The notes under the pieces are model-generated. The model had not been told where the DNA came from, did no database searches, and saw only the letters and a program-made list of their open reading frames with translations. A stretch of DNA of 64,000 bases. It comes from a bacterium (GTDB taxonomy: Bacteria > UBA8248). Location of the stretch: NCBI GenBank assembly GCA_965213685.1, contig CBDBZY010000036.1:96001-160000 (forward strand). Reading direction: 5' to 3'. The translations under genes and the position numbers were made by a program. Below, piece after piece: positions 13,608 to 22,734 of this stretch; positions within the stretch are counted from its first letter, which is position 1; each line of letters opens with the position of its first letter.

Positions 13608-14396
13608 GTGAGATTTCCGGCGGAGGGGCAGGACATCCAATTCCGTGTGCTGGGCTGTTCCGGGGCAAAGACGCCCGGACGCAACCTGACGTCTTTTCTG
13701 ATCAACGAGTCCCTGCTGGTGGAGGGCGGCGCGGCCGCCTCCGGCCTCGACATCGGGGAGCAGGCCCGGCTCGCCGGCGTCGTGGTGTCCCATGCCCATC
13801 TGGACCACATCGGGGAACTCCCCTATGTCGCCGACAACATTTTCGGGCTGCGGGAAGATTCCCTGAAAATCATCGGCGCACCGGACGTGCTGTGCCAGAT
13901 GCGCGAATCCATCTTCAACAACGCCATCTGGCCGGATTTCTGCGCCATCCGCCACCGGGAGAAGCCGATACTCGATTTCGTCCCCATCCAGGAGAACGAA
14001 ACCCTCTCTTGCGGCGAAATCCGGATGACCGCGCACCGGGTCGCGCACCAGGAAACGACTTTCGGCTTCATTTTTCAGGACGCCGAGTGCGCGCTGCTCT
14101 ACACCAGCGACACCGGACCCACGGAGGCCATATGGAGGCGCGGCTTCAAGGCGGAGGGCCTGCGCGCGATTATCACCGAGGTCTCGTTCCCCGACAGGAT
14201 GGAAGAACTCGCGCGCCTCACCGGGCACATGACGCCTGCCATGCTCCAGGCGGAAATGATGAAAATGCCGTCCGGGATTCCCGTCTACATCTATCACGTC
14301 AAGGCGCAGCACTACGAGGAGACGACGAGGGAGCTCGAAGCACTCCGCGAGCCGAGGGTGTGCCTGCTGGAGCAGGGCGAGACATATTTTCTGTGA
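13608..14396 (+). CDS. 3',5'-cyclic-nucleotide phosphodiesterase class II (MBL fold)
   Basis: VLGCSG, SHAHLDHI, IFNNAIWPDF, SDTGPT, EVSFP, GHMTP, YHVK. Confidence 0.85.
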   Translation: MRFPAEGQDIQFRVLGCSGAKTPGRNLTSFLINESLLVEGGAAASGLDIGEQARLAGVVVSHAHLDHIGELPYVADNIFGLREDSLKIIGAPDVLCQMRESIFNNAIWPDFCAIRHREKPILDFVPIQENETLSCGEIRMTAHRVAHQETTFGFIFQDAECALLYTSDTGPTEAIWRRGFKAEGLRAIITEVSFPDRMEELARLTGHMTPAMLQAEMMKMPSGIPVYIYHVKAQHYEETTRELEALREPRVCLLEQGETYFL

Positions 14397-14685
14397 TGCG
14401 AGGGCGCCCTCCAGGCCGTGCCGTCCACCAGACGTGCGGGGAAGTCTGACCGCGCCGGGAGCAAGTCGCTCACCTCCGCAGGACGGGAGGGGGGTTGCGG
14501 GATGGTGCGCTTTTCCGTATGGAATTATCTGGCGTGTGGCGGAACGCTGGGGAATGGTCGCGGGACGACGGGGCGCCTACCAGGATGGGGAGGCTCCCGC
14601 GGGGGACGCGCCTCAGGGGGAGCGCCCCCCTCTCAGAGGCCGTCTTTCTGAAAAATTGTCCGGAAAAAGAACGGGGAGGCCTTTC

Positions 14686-14931
14686 GTGAGAGACATCGAG
14701 GCGCACAGAAAAAACAGCCGATTGATGGCCGAGAGAATCAGCCGCGTTCTGGCCGGAACCATTTCGGGCGTCGAGGAGGACATCCGATACAGCTACCAGG
14801 ACAGGAGCTTCCGGCTCTGGTGGGGTGACCGGGGAGACCCGAACACCTCGGCGCTCATCACCTTCGAGCAAATCTCCACGCTGAACGACGAGGAGTTGCG
14901 CCAGGTCATCCGCTCATCGGTCATCGGCTAG
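14686..14931 (+). CDS. Hypothetical protein, 81 aa
   Basis: GTG start after GGGGAGG; protein-like composition, unlike GC shadow ORFs. Confidence 0.6.
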   Translation: MRDIEAHRKNSRLMAERISRVLAGTISGVEEDIRYSYQDRSFRLWWGDRGDPNTSALITFEQISTLNDEELRQVIRSSVIG

Positions 14932-15105
14932 GGGCCGGGCGCGATTTTTTCCGAAATGCGAACGGCTACTGCTTGATACCACCGCTTCATGGCGCCTGCG
15001 AAATGGCGTCGCGGACATCTCTCCGTTTGCGCCGCCGAAAAACTGCTCTCGCACCGGGGGAGGGGCGGACCGGAAATCAGCAACCGCAGCACCCCCGATG
15101 CGGGA

Positions 15106-15990
15106 TCAGGCCAGGTTGGCGAGCTCCTTGTAAATCCGGAATATCGAGCTTCCGTCCTCATGCTGCCTCCCCTTGCTCCTCTGGGCCATGTAGAGATGCT
15201 CCAGCAGTCCCCCGAGGGGGACGGGCACGTCCAGGTCCTTGGCGGATTCGATGGCGCATTCGAGGTCTTTCAGGACGATCCATATCGGTCCGGACTCCGG
15301 AAAGTGATCGGCCAGCATGTCCTTCCCGCGCACGTCGAGCACGTTGGACCCCGCCGCACCCGAACAAAGCGTCTCCAGCATGACGTCGGCGGGTATCCCC
15401 GCCTTCAGCCCCAGGGTGAGACCCTCGCACGCCCCCGCCATGTTGATGAACAACACCAGGTTCACCACCAGCTTCAACTGGGCGGCCAGCCCGTTTTCCT
15501 CGCTCACGAAAATCGTTTTTTTTCCGATGGCGTCAAAGGCGGGCCGTGCCTTCTCGAAAGCGGCCCTTGGCCCGGCGGACATCACCACCAGGTCCTTCAC
15601 CGCCGCCTGCTTGCCCACGCCGCTCACCGGGCAATCGAGCCAGCTCACCCCCCGCTCGGCCACCCGCTCCGCCATGGCTCTCGAGAATTTGGGAGGGACG
15701 GTGCTCATGTCGGCGATGACGCCGCCGACAGGAATCCCCGCCAAAACGCCCTCCTCGCCCGACACCGCCTCCTCCACGACCGCGTAGTTCGGCAACGAGG
15801 TCATCACGAGGTCGGCTCCCCGGGCGGCGTCCGCCGGCGAGGAGGCACGCCGCAGTCCCCTCCCCCCGAACTTCCCGAACATCGCGTCCACCGGGTCATA
15901 GCCCGCCACCTCCATGCCGGCGTCCAGCATATGGCCCGCAAACGCACCGCCCATGACGCCCAGACCGACCACTCCCACTCTCATGCCCAC
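15106..15990 (-). CDS. NAD(P)-dependent beta-hydroxyacid dehydrogenase (3-hydroxyisobutyrate dehydrogenase family)
   Basis: VGLGVMG, DMSTV, DCPVSG, KLVVN, KDL. Confidence 0.9.
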   Translation of the reverse strand: MGMRVGVVGLGVMGGAFAGHMLDAGMEVAGYDPVDAMFGKFGGRGLRRASSPADAARGADLVMTSLPNYAVVEEAVSGEEGVLAGIPVGGVIADMSTVPPKFSRAMAERVAERGVSWLDCPVSGVGKQAAVKDLVVMSAGPRAAFEKARPAFDAIGKKTIFVSEENGLAAQLKLVVNLVLFINMAGACEGLTLGLKAGIPADVMLETLCSGAAGSNVLDVRGKDMLADHFPESGPIWIVLKDLECAIESAKDLDVPVPLGGLLEHLYMAQRSKGRQHEDGSSIFRIYKELANLA

Positions 15991-16132
15991 TGCGAGAACT
16001 CCTTCTGGAAATGAAAATCCCCGAAATGAAACCCCAAAACCTTATTAGTAAAACCTTTTGCATTGCCGGAAGCCGGCGAAGGGGGGGGGGGCAGGCCCCC
16101 TGCGCGGTCCACGCGCGAGAGGTCTGCCATTC

Positions 16133-16888
16133 TCAGTGAATCACGTATCCGCCATCCACCACCAGGTTGTGTCCCTGCACGAAAGAAGCCTCCCCGGAGG
16201 CGAGAAACAGCGCCGCATTCGCTATGTCCATCGGCTCGCCAAAGCGTCCCATGGGCACGTTGCCCAGGCGTTCGGCGCGCTCCTCGGGCGTCCTGTAGGC
16301 GTGTTTTTTGAAGTACTCCGTCGCCGTGGGTCCCGGGCTGAGGGCGTTCACGAAAATGTTCTCGCGCGCCAGTTCGAACGCCATGGAGCGCGCGAGCTGA
16401 ATCAGCGCAGCCTTGGTCGCGCTGTAGAGTGCGGTCTCCCACGCCGCCACGGAGCCCAGCTGGCTCGCCATGTGGACGATCCGCCCCCCGCCCGCCGCCC
16501 GCATGTGCGGCAAGGCGGCCTGGCTCGCGAAAAAGGGGCCGCGCAGGTTCACGGCGACCACGCGCTCGAAATCCGCGTAGGAGAACGCGCCGAACGAGTG
16601 ATGCGAGCGAACGCCCGCGTTGTTCACCAGGATGTCGACGCCACCCAGGAAAGCGGCGGCCTCCTCCACCATGCGCTCGGCGGCGCCCTCCTCAGTCAGA
16701 TCGTAGGAGCCGAAATCCGCCTCCGCCCCGCCCCCGCACTCCCGCGCGACGGCCGCGAGTTCCGCTTCCGTTCCGTCGGCGGCCAGGAAAAGGCGCGCAC
16801 CCTCGGCCGAGAAGCGACGCGCCACGCACTCCCCGATGCCGCGCGAGGCGCCCGTCACGAGCGCTCTTTTTCCATCCAGACGACCCAT
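16133..16888 (-). CDS. SDR family oxidoreductase
   Basis: TGASRGIG, NNAG, YSATK, PG, VDGG. Confidence 0.93.
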   Translation of the reverse strand: MGRLDGKRALVTGASRGIGECVARRFSAEGARLFLAADGTEAELAAVARECGGGAEADFGSYDLTEEGAAERMVEEAAAFLGGVDILVNNAGVRSHHSFGAFSYADFERVVAVNLRGPFFASQAALPHMRAAGGGRIVHMASQLGSVAAWETALYSATKAALIQLARSMAFELARENIFVNALSPGPTATEYFKKHAYRTPEERAERLGNVPMGRFGEPMDIANAALFLASGEASFVQGHNLVVDGGYVIH

Positions 16889-16983
16889 CGCGCGTTTCTC
16901 CTTCCGCAAAATTGCGCTACCATTTCTCCTTCGCAGCGACGCCCGCGACGACGCCGCGCGCCAAGACCAAGGAGAATGCGCCC

Positions 16984-17586
16984 ATGCCCAGACCGGAAAC
17001 CCCCTTTGAGGGACTCCAGCACGTCGCCATCAAGGTGTCGGACCTCGAGGAGTCCCTCCGATTCTACACCGGGATACTCGGCTTCACCCTCACCGAACGC
17101 CACGACCCCGGCGAGCACCCCACCCTCGCCGTGGGCCTCTGCTTCCTGCGGTGCACCGCCTTTCACCACGATTTGAACCTAGTATATCATACCGGCGAGG
17201 ACACAGCTCTCCGCGCGCTCCGAACCGACGACCAGGGGCCGATACGGGATTTGGGGTTGCATCATTTCGCGTTTCGGGTAAAAACCCCGGCGGAGTTCGC
17301 CGCCTGGCGGGAGTGGCTCGAGGAATGCGGCATCCCCATCGTGCGGGGGCCCTTGGTGCACAGCCCCACCCATCCGGAGGGCGACGGCACGTGGGGAGAG
17401 AACAGGGCGATGTATTTTTGCGACCCCGACGGGCACCGCATTGAAATCTTTTGCGACCTCGCCGAGATGGACGAGGCCAACGGCATCGAGAAGCGGTGGT
17501 ATGCGAACCGCCTCCGCCGGGAAGGAATCGACCCCGCCGCGCATCCCCCCGTCGGTCCGCATCCGACGGGTGCCCTCGCGCGCTGA
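16984..17586 (+). CDS. VOC/glyoxalase family protein
   Basis: LQHVAIKVSDLEESLRFYTGILG, HHDL, LHHFAFRV, YFCDPDGHRIEIF; AAGGAG RBS. Confidence 0.9.
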   Translation: MPRPETPFEGLQHVAIKVSDLEESLRFYTGILGFTLTERHDPGEHPTLAVGLCFLRCTAFHHDLNLVYHTGEDTALRALRTDDQGPIRDLGLHHFAFRVKTPAEFAAWREWLEECGIPIVRGPLVHSPTHPEGDGTWGENRAMYFCDPDGHRIEIFCDLAEMDEANGIEKRWYANRLRREGIDPAAHPPVGPHPTGALAR

Positions 17587-17683
17587 GCCGCCCCCCGCGA
17601 CTGACGGGCCTCTTCGTGGGGGCGCTTTCGATGGCAAGGCCGGACCGCTCCGGCGGCCGATGTGTTTCGACGGGTGAGACGCG

Positions 17684-19450
17684 GTGAGTTGGAAAAAATT
17701 TCGCATACGGCTTCTCGGCTGGCTGCTCCACTTCGACTTCTCCTCCGATGGCATCTTTTATTTCACCACCATCTTTGTGGGGGCACTCGCCGGCTTCGTC
17801 GCCGTCTTTTTTCACCTTGCCCTGGGGTGGGCGCACCTCCTGCTCTTCGGCTCCCATGATCTTTCCGACATTCACCGGCCCTGGTACGGGGTGGCGCTGA
17901 TACCCGCCGGGGGCGCCCTCCTCTCCGCCGTCCTTCTCCATTGCTTCGCGCCCGAGGCCCGGGGCAGCGGCATCCCCCAGACGAAAATCGCATACGTCGC
18001 CCGCAACGGCCACATCGAAAAGCGCGTGTGGATAAGCAAATTCCTCATCGGGATTCTCAACATCGGCTCCGGCTCGAGCCTGGGGCGCGAAGGCCCCACC
18101 GTGCACATTTGCGCAGGCCTCGCCAGCTGGATAGGCCAGACGTTCTCGCTGGAGAGGCGGCGCGTGCAGGCCCTCGTTCCCGTGGGGTGCGCCGCCGCCC
18201 TGGCCGCCGCGTTCAACACGCCGATCGCTGCGGTCACCTTCACGCTGGAGGAGATGGTGGGCGACCTGAACGCGCGGGTGCTCGGCGCCGTCGTATTCGC
18301 GGCGGTTTCGGCCTCCGTCGTCTCCCGCGCCATCCTCGGCAACGAGCCCGTGTTCTCCGTACCGGCCTATTCGCTGGACAGCCCGGCGGAGCTGCTCCTC
18401 TACGCCCTCGTGGGCGTGACGTGCGCACTCATCGGCGTGGCGTTCATCCGGGGGGTGCTGTTCATGCGCTCCCGATGGAAGCGCCTGCAGGGCGTCACGG
18501 CGATTCTCGCCACCGGGCTGGGGGGGCTGTTCGTCGGCGTCATCGGCATCGCGTTTCCCGAGGTATTCGCCGTGGGCTATCCCGCCGTGAGCAAGGCGCT
18601 CACGCACAGCTACACGCTGCCCTTCCTGCTGGCGCTGCTCTTCCTGAAGCTCGTCGCCACCGTGGTCTCCTACGGAACGGGGTCGCTCGGCGGCATCTTC
18701 GCCCCCACCCTGTTCCTGGGCGCGATGGCGGGGGGAGCGGTGGCCTCCGTCGCCGAGTTCGCCTTCCCCGGCTTCGCGGCCCACCCGGGCGGATACGCGC
18801 TCGTCGGCATGGGCGCGGCTTTCGCCGCCATCATCCGCGCCCCCATGACGTCGGTGCTCATCATCTTCGAGCTCACGCAGGACTACAACATCATCCTTGC
18901 GCTCATGGCGGCGAACGCCATATCTCTCGGCCTGGCCAAATACTGGCACCCCGAACCGATATACAGCGCACTCTCCGCCCAGGACGGGATCGCGCTGCCC
19001 GACCATGAAACCGAACACCTCCTCCATGAAATTCACGTGTCCGACGCCATGACGCGGGACGTCATCACCCTGCCCGCTAACATCTCGATAGGCGAGGCGA
19101 TAGGGAGAACAAGGGAGGAGTCCCTCATCTCCGGCTTTCCCGTCCTGGACGCGGGCGGGAAGCTCTGCGGCATGGTGAGCCACTACGATTTCAGCCAGGC
19201 GGAGGCTGCCGGCATGTTGCGGGAGAATCTCCTGGCGATTGCGGCGAAGAAGTACATCATGCACGCGCATCCGGACCAGTCGCTCGATTCGGTGATGGCC
19301 AAGCTCGGCGACAGGCGCATCTCGCGGCTGCCCGTCGTGAGCCGCGAGGACCCGACCGCGCTTCTGGGAATCATCACCGCCGAGGACGTGATTCACGCTT
19401 TTGGCGAGGTGTGGCACGCGCAGCAGCACCATCAGCACGATTCCGCCTAG
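17684..19450 (+). CDS. ClC H+/Cl- antiporter with C-terminal CBS pair
   Basis: GSGIP, GREGP (gating Glu), FTLEE (proton Glu), GIFAP, EPIY; CBS domains VSDAMTRDV...RLPVV. Confidence 0.92.
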   Translation: MSWKKFRIRLLGWLLHFDFSSDGIFYFTTIFVGALAGFVAVFFHLALGWAHLLLFGSHDLSDIHRPWYGVALIPAGGALLSAVLLHCFAPEARGSGIPQTKIAYVARNGHIEKRVWISKFLIGILNIGSGSSLGREGPTVHICAGLASWIGQTFSLERRRVQALVPVGCAAALAAAFNTPIAAVTFTLEEMVGDLNARVLGAVVFAAVSASVVSRAILGNEPVFSVPAYSLDSPAELLLYALVGVTCALIGVAFIRGVLFMRSRWKRLQGVTAILATGLGGLFVGVIGIAFPEVFAVGYPAVSKALTHSYTLPFLLALLFLKLVATVVSYGTGSLGGIFAPTLFLGAMAGGAVASVAEFAFPGFAAHPGGYALVGMGAAFAAIIRAPMTSVLIIFELTQDYNIILALMAANAISLGLAKYWHPEPIYSALSAQDGIALPDHETEHLLHEIHVSDAMTRDVITLPANISIGEAIGRTREESLISGFPVLDAGGKLCGMVSHYDFSQAEAAGMLRENLLAIAAKKYIMHAHPDQSLDSVMAKLGDRRISRLPVVSREDPTALLGIITAEDVIHAFGEVWHAQQHHQHDSA

Positions 19451-19647
19451 ACTCCGCACCCCGCCGGGGCTTTTATGGAGGAAAGGGGAATCTCATGCGC
19501 GCCACCTCCCCGCGCTCCAGCCTAGCGGGAGGGCGCGTTCCTGGCGGTGCGGCGCAAAACGCCGGGGCCGAACGCAGACGCTGCTCGCCTCCGTTGACGC
19601 TTCGACCGCAGGGGAACGAAAAATACCATGTCCGGACGTTGTCATTC

Positions 19648-20316
19648 ATGAGCGCGCACACACCAGACGCACCGCCGTCTATCGGCCAACCTTTCTGGCT
19701 CAAAAAGATTTTTCAGGCGGGCTTTCGGCTCGCTTTCGGCGGCGTCGACGTTCATGGCATGGACGGCGTGCCCGCCGACGGCCCCCTGATCGTCGCCTCG
19801 AATCACCGCAGCTATCTGGACCCGCTGATCATCGCCTCCTTCCTGCCGCGGCCGGTACATCACATGGCCAAGCAGGAGCTGTTCCGCAATCCCCTACTCG
19901 CCGGGCTCATCACTTTTTTTGGCGCCTTCCCGGTGGACAGGGAATCCACGCGCCCCAGCACCTTCCGGATGGCGCTCCGGCTTCTGAGACGCAACGCCGC
20001 CGTGGTCATTTTCCCGGAGGGCGGCATCGTGGACTCCTCTCCGGGCGAGGCGGGCGTGAAAGAGGGCATCGGCACCCTGGCCGTCATGAGCCGCGCCCCC
20101 GTTCTGCCGGTCTGCATCGCGGGCTCGAACTCCCTGATCAGCCCCCGGGGAATCCTCAACCCGTGGCTCTCCATTCGAGTGGGGGGACTCATCACGCCAT
20201 CATCGGATCGTCCCGGAAAACCGCACCGGCGGGAGGTGGCCCAAAGCGTCGCCGACGCGATCAGGAGACTGGAGGCGGACGCCCTCGCCGCACAAAAAAG
20301 GCAGCGTGACAAGTAG
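19648..20316 (+). CDS. plsC: Lysophospholipid (1-acyl-sn-glycerol-3-phosphate) acyltransferase
   Basis: NHRSYLD (NHX4D), MAKQELF, FPVDR, IFPEG; start uncertain. Confidence 0.85.
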   Translation: MSAHTPDAPPSIGQPFWLKKIFQAGFRLAFGGVDVHGMDGVPADGPLIVASNHRSYLDPLIIASFLPRPVHHMAKQELFRNPLLAGLITFFGAFPVDRESTRPSTFRMALRLLRRNAAVVIFPEGGIVDSSPGEAGVKEGIGTLAVMSRAPVLPVCIAGSNSLISPRGILNPWLSIRVGGLITPSSDRPGKPHRREVAQSVADAIRRLEADALAAQKRQRDK

Positions 20317-20459
20317 CAGGGGGGGATGCGGAGGGATGGACGAGCACAACGACAATGATTTGCGGCGCCCCATCGCAGGCCGCCGCGTGGCCGGAGGGAG
20401 GGCCACGCCTGGCCGGCACGTCCGCGCCCCCTCCGGCCGCAGCCTGCGGATGAACGCGC

Positions 20460-21764
20460 CTAGAAGTTGTACTGGAGGCCGAGCTGAATGCGCGAGGCCT
20501 CGCCCTTCTCCCCGCCATGGGTCTCGCGCCAGCCCTGCATGAACTCCAGCCCGGCGCGCATCTTGGGCTCCGGGTCCCACCAGAAGTTGATGTGGAGCGT
20601 TTGGAGTTGTTCGCTGTTTTTGGCCATGAACGTCGCCTTGGCCACCTCCTCGAAGTCGTTCTGCGCCCAGCCGTAATAGATGCCCGAACTCGTGGCGTTG
20701 GTCCAGCGATGCGTGAGGCCGAGAAGCCCGCCCATGGAATCCACGGCGTCCAGCTTGCCGTCTGCGCCCAGCGTGGCCGCCGCCGACCCGCCGAACATGT
20801 AGTTCGCCAGGGCACCCTTGCCGAAGTTGAAGGTCGCCATGAGGCTGGTGCTGTCGAACAGGCTGAGCTTCGCGCCGACGTGGAGGGCGGAAACGAAGAT
20901 GGAGTCTTCCGTCCCGCCCTCGTTGTAGTGAACCTCTCCGAGGAGGCTGCTCACGTTGACGGCCCCCCAGTGTGGTCGCCAGCGGACGGCCGCAAGAAAG
21001 TTCGGCGCCCGATCCTGGGAGGACACCGTCCCGTCCGCCGTCCCGATGGCCGGGGCGTCGGGGTCTTCCACCGCGATTTGGCCGACGATCCCCCCCGCTC
21101 CGGTCCAGGTGTAGCGCAACTGAGGAAGGCGCGCGGAGGCCACGCCCGCCGGCCCCGCGAAGTCCACCGTGTCGGCGGCCACGTCCTCGTCCTGGAAGAT
21201 GGACCAGGTCTGGCCCGCGAGCACCGGTCCCAACCCGGCGTAGGCGTGGCGCAGGCGAAGCGCGTTGCCGCTGCCGAAGAAATCGGTCTCGACCCGGGTT
21301 TTCAGCTCGCCCAGCTTCGTCGGCGTTATGCTGTCGAGACGAATGCGCGTTTGCCGGGCGTGCATGGAGGCTTTCTGTCGCGCGCCCCCCTCGCCATCGA
21401 GCGGGATGGCGCTCGGGACGCCCCCGAAGTCAAATACGAAAAACTCATCGCCCAGGTCCGCATCGAAATCGTAGATCATGTCGAGCTTGACGTAGCCGCT
21501 CAAAGAAAGCGAGGTGTTGCTCTTCGCCGCCTTCCAGAAGCCCGGGACCGGGACAAGGCTGGCCGCCTCTGTTTTCTCTTTTCTCTCCGCAGCCTTCGCC
21601 CGCTCCTGTCGGGATTCCAGTTGTTCAATCCGCTTCTTCAGCTTCTCGAGCTGTGCCTTGAGTTCGTCGATTTCCCCGCCAGCCGCCGGCAGGGCGCACA
21701 GGGCAAACGCCATCCCTGCTCCCAGAAGCGCAAAAGCGATGCGATTCCTGCGGTTTGCGTTCAT
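20460..21764 (-). CDS. DcaP-like trimeric outer-membrane porin
   Basis: Signal peptide, coiled coil, SGYVKLD, HARQTR, RLRHAY, LAGQTWS, C-terminal Phe. Confidence 0.85.
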   Translation of the reverse strand: MNANRRNRIAFALLGAGMAFALCALPAAGGEIDELKAQLEKLKKRIEQLESRQERAKAAERKEKTEAASLVPVPGFWKAAKSNTSLSLSGYVKLDMIYDFDADLGDEFFVFDFGGVPSAIPLDGEGGARQKASMHARQTRIRLDSITPTKLGELKTRVETDFFGSGNALRLRHAYAGLGPVLAGQTWSIFQDEDVAADTVDFAGPAGVASARLPQLRYTWTGAGGIVGQIAVEDPDAPAIGTADGTVSSQDRAPNFLAAVRWRPHWGAVNVSSLLGEVHYNEGGTEDSIFVSALHVGAKLSLFDSTSLMATFNFGKGALANYMFGGSAAATLGADGKLDAVDSMGGLLGLTHRWTNATSSGIYYGWAQNDFEEVAKATFMAKNSEQLQTLHINFWWDPEPKMRAGLEFMQGWRETHGGEKGEASRIQLGLQYNF

Positions 21765-21845
21765 CTCCTTCTCTCCTCTCGATGTTCCGGTTTCCGCTCT
21801 TCTCTTTATGGCGGCGCGGAAAAATCCGGTCGATTAGGCTCAAGG

Positions 21846-22715
21846 TCAGGGCGCGCCCGAGAGCGCCTTCTGAATGGTTCGGCGGATGAAAACGGGCGTC
21901 ACCTGCCTTCTGTAGTCATCGCTCGCGCGAATGTCGGTCAACGGCTCCAGGTCATCCAGCGCACCGGTGAGCACGGCGTCGATGTTCTCGCCGGTGAGCT
22001 CCTTCCCCCGAAGCCCCTCCTCCACCGCCGTGAGGCGCCTGAATACAGCCTCCACCCCGCCGAGGCCGATTCTCACTTCCCTGGCCGTCTTGCCGTCCTC
22101 CTCCGTGGACACCGCGGCGGAGATGGATATGCAGGGCTTGTCTTCCTTCGAGCGCGTGGTGAAGCGCGTGTAGGCCGTGCGGAAGCCGTCGGGCAGCGGA
22201 TCGACCTCGATCGCGCACAGCAGCTCGTCCTCCTCGAGTGCGCATTCGTAATATCCCGTCCAGAATTCCGTCGCCGGAATCACCCGCTCCGCCCCGTCCG
22301 CCTTCCTGGTCTTCATGCGCGCCTCATATACCAGAAACGCGGCGGGAGGGTCGGACGCCGGCTCCGCGAAACAGAGGTTGCCGCCCACCGTCCCCTGGTT
22401 GCGGATGCGAATCGTCGCCACGTTGTGGAATATCTCCGCGAGCAGCGGGAAGCGCTCCTGCACGAGGGGGGAGGTCTCTATCTTGCGATGCACCGTCTTC
22501 GCCCCGATGCGGATCCCGCCGCTTTCGGTCTCCTCGATGAAGTCCAGATCGTCCGCCCCCGCGATGTCTATCAGCACCTCGGGCGCATACACGCGGGATT
22601 TCATGAGAATCGAGAGGGCGACGCCGCCAGCATACACTTTCCCCTCATCGCCGTGCTCTCGCATGGCGGCAAGCGCCTCGTCCACACTGTTCGCGGGCAG
22701 ATGCTGAAAAGCCAT
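21846..22715 (-). CDS. Xanthine dehydrogenase/CoxM family FAD-binding subunit
   Basis: YAGG, IRNQGTVGGNL, PASD, DIRASDDYRR. Confidence 0.92.
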   Translation of the reverse strand: MAFQHLPANSVDEALAAMREHGDEGKVYAGGVALSILMKSRVYAPEVLIDIAGADDLDFIEETESGGIRIGAKTVHRKIETSPLVQERFPLLAEIFHNVATIRIRNQGTVGGNLCFAEPASDPPAAFLVYEARMKTRKADGAERVIPATEFWTGYYECALEEDELLCAIEVDPLPDGFRTAYTRFTTRSKEDKPCISISAAVSTEEDGKTAREVRIGLGGVEAVFRRLTAVEEGLRGKELTGENIDAVLTGALDDLEPLTDIRASDDYRRQVTPVFIRRTIQKALSGAP

Positions 22716-22734
22716 TTTTTATCCTCTCTGTTCG

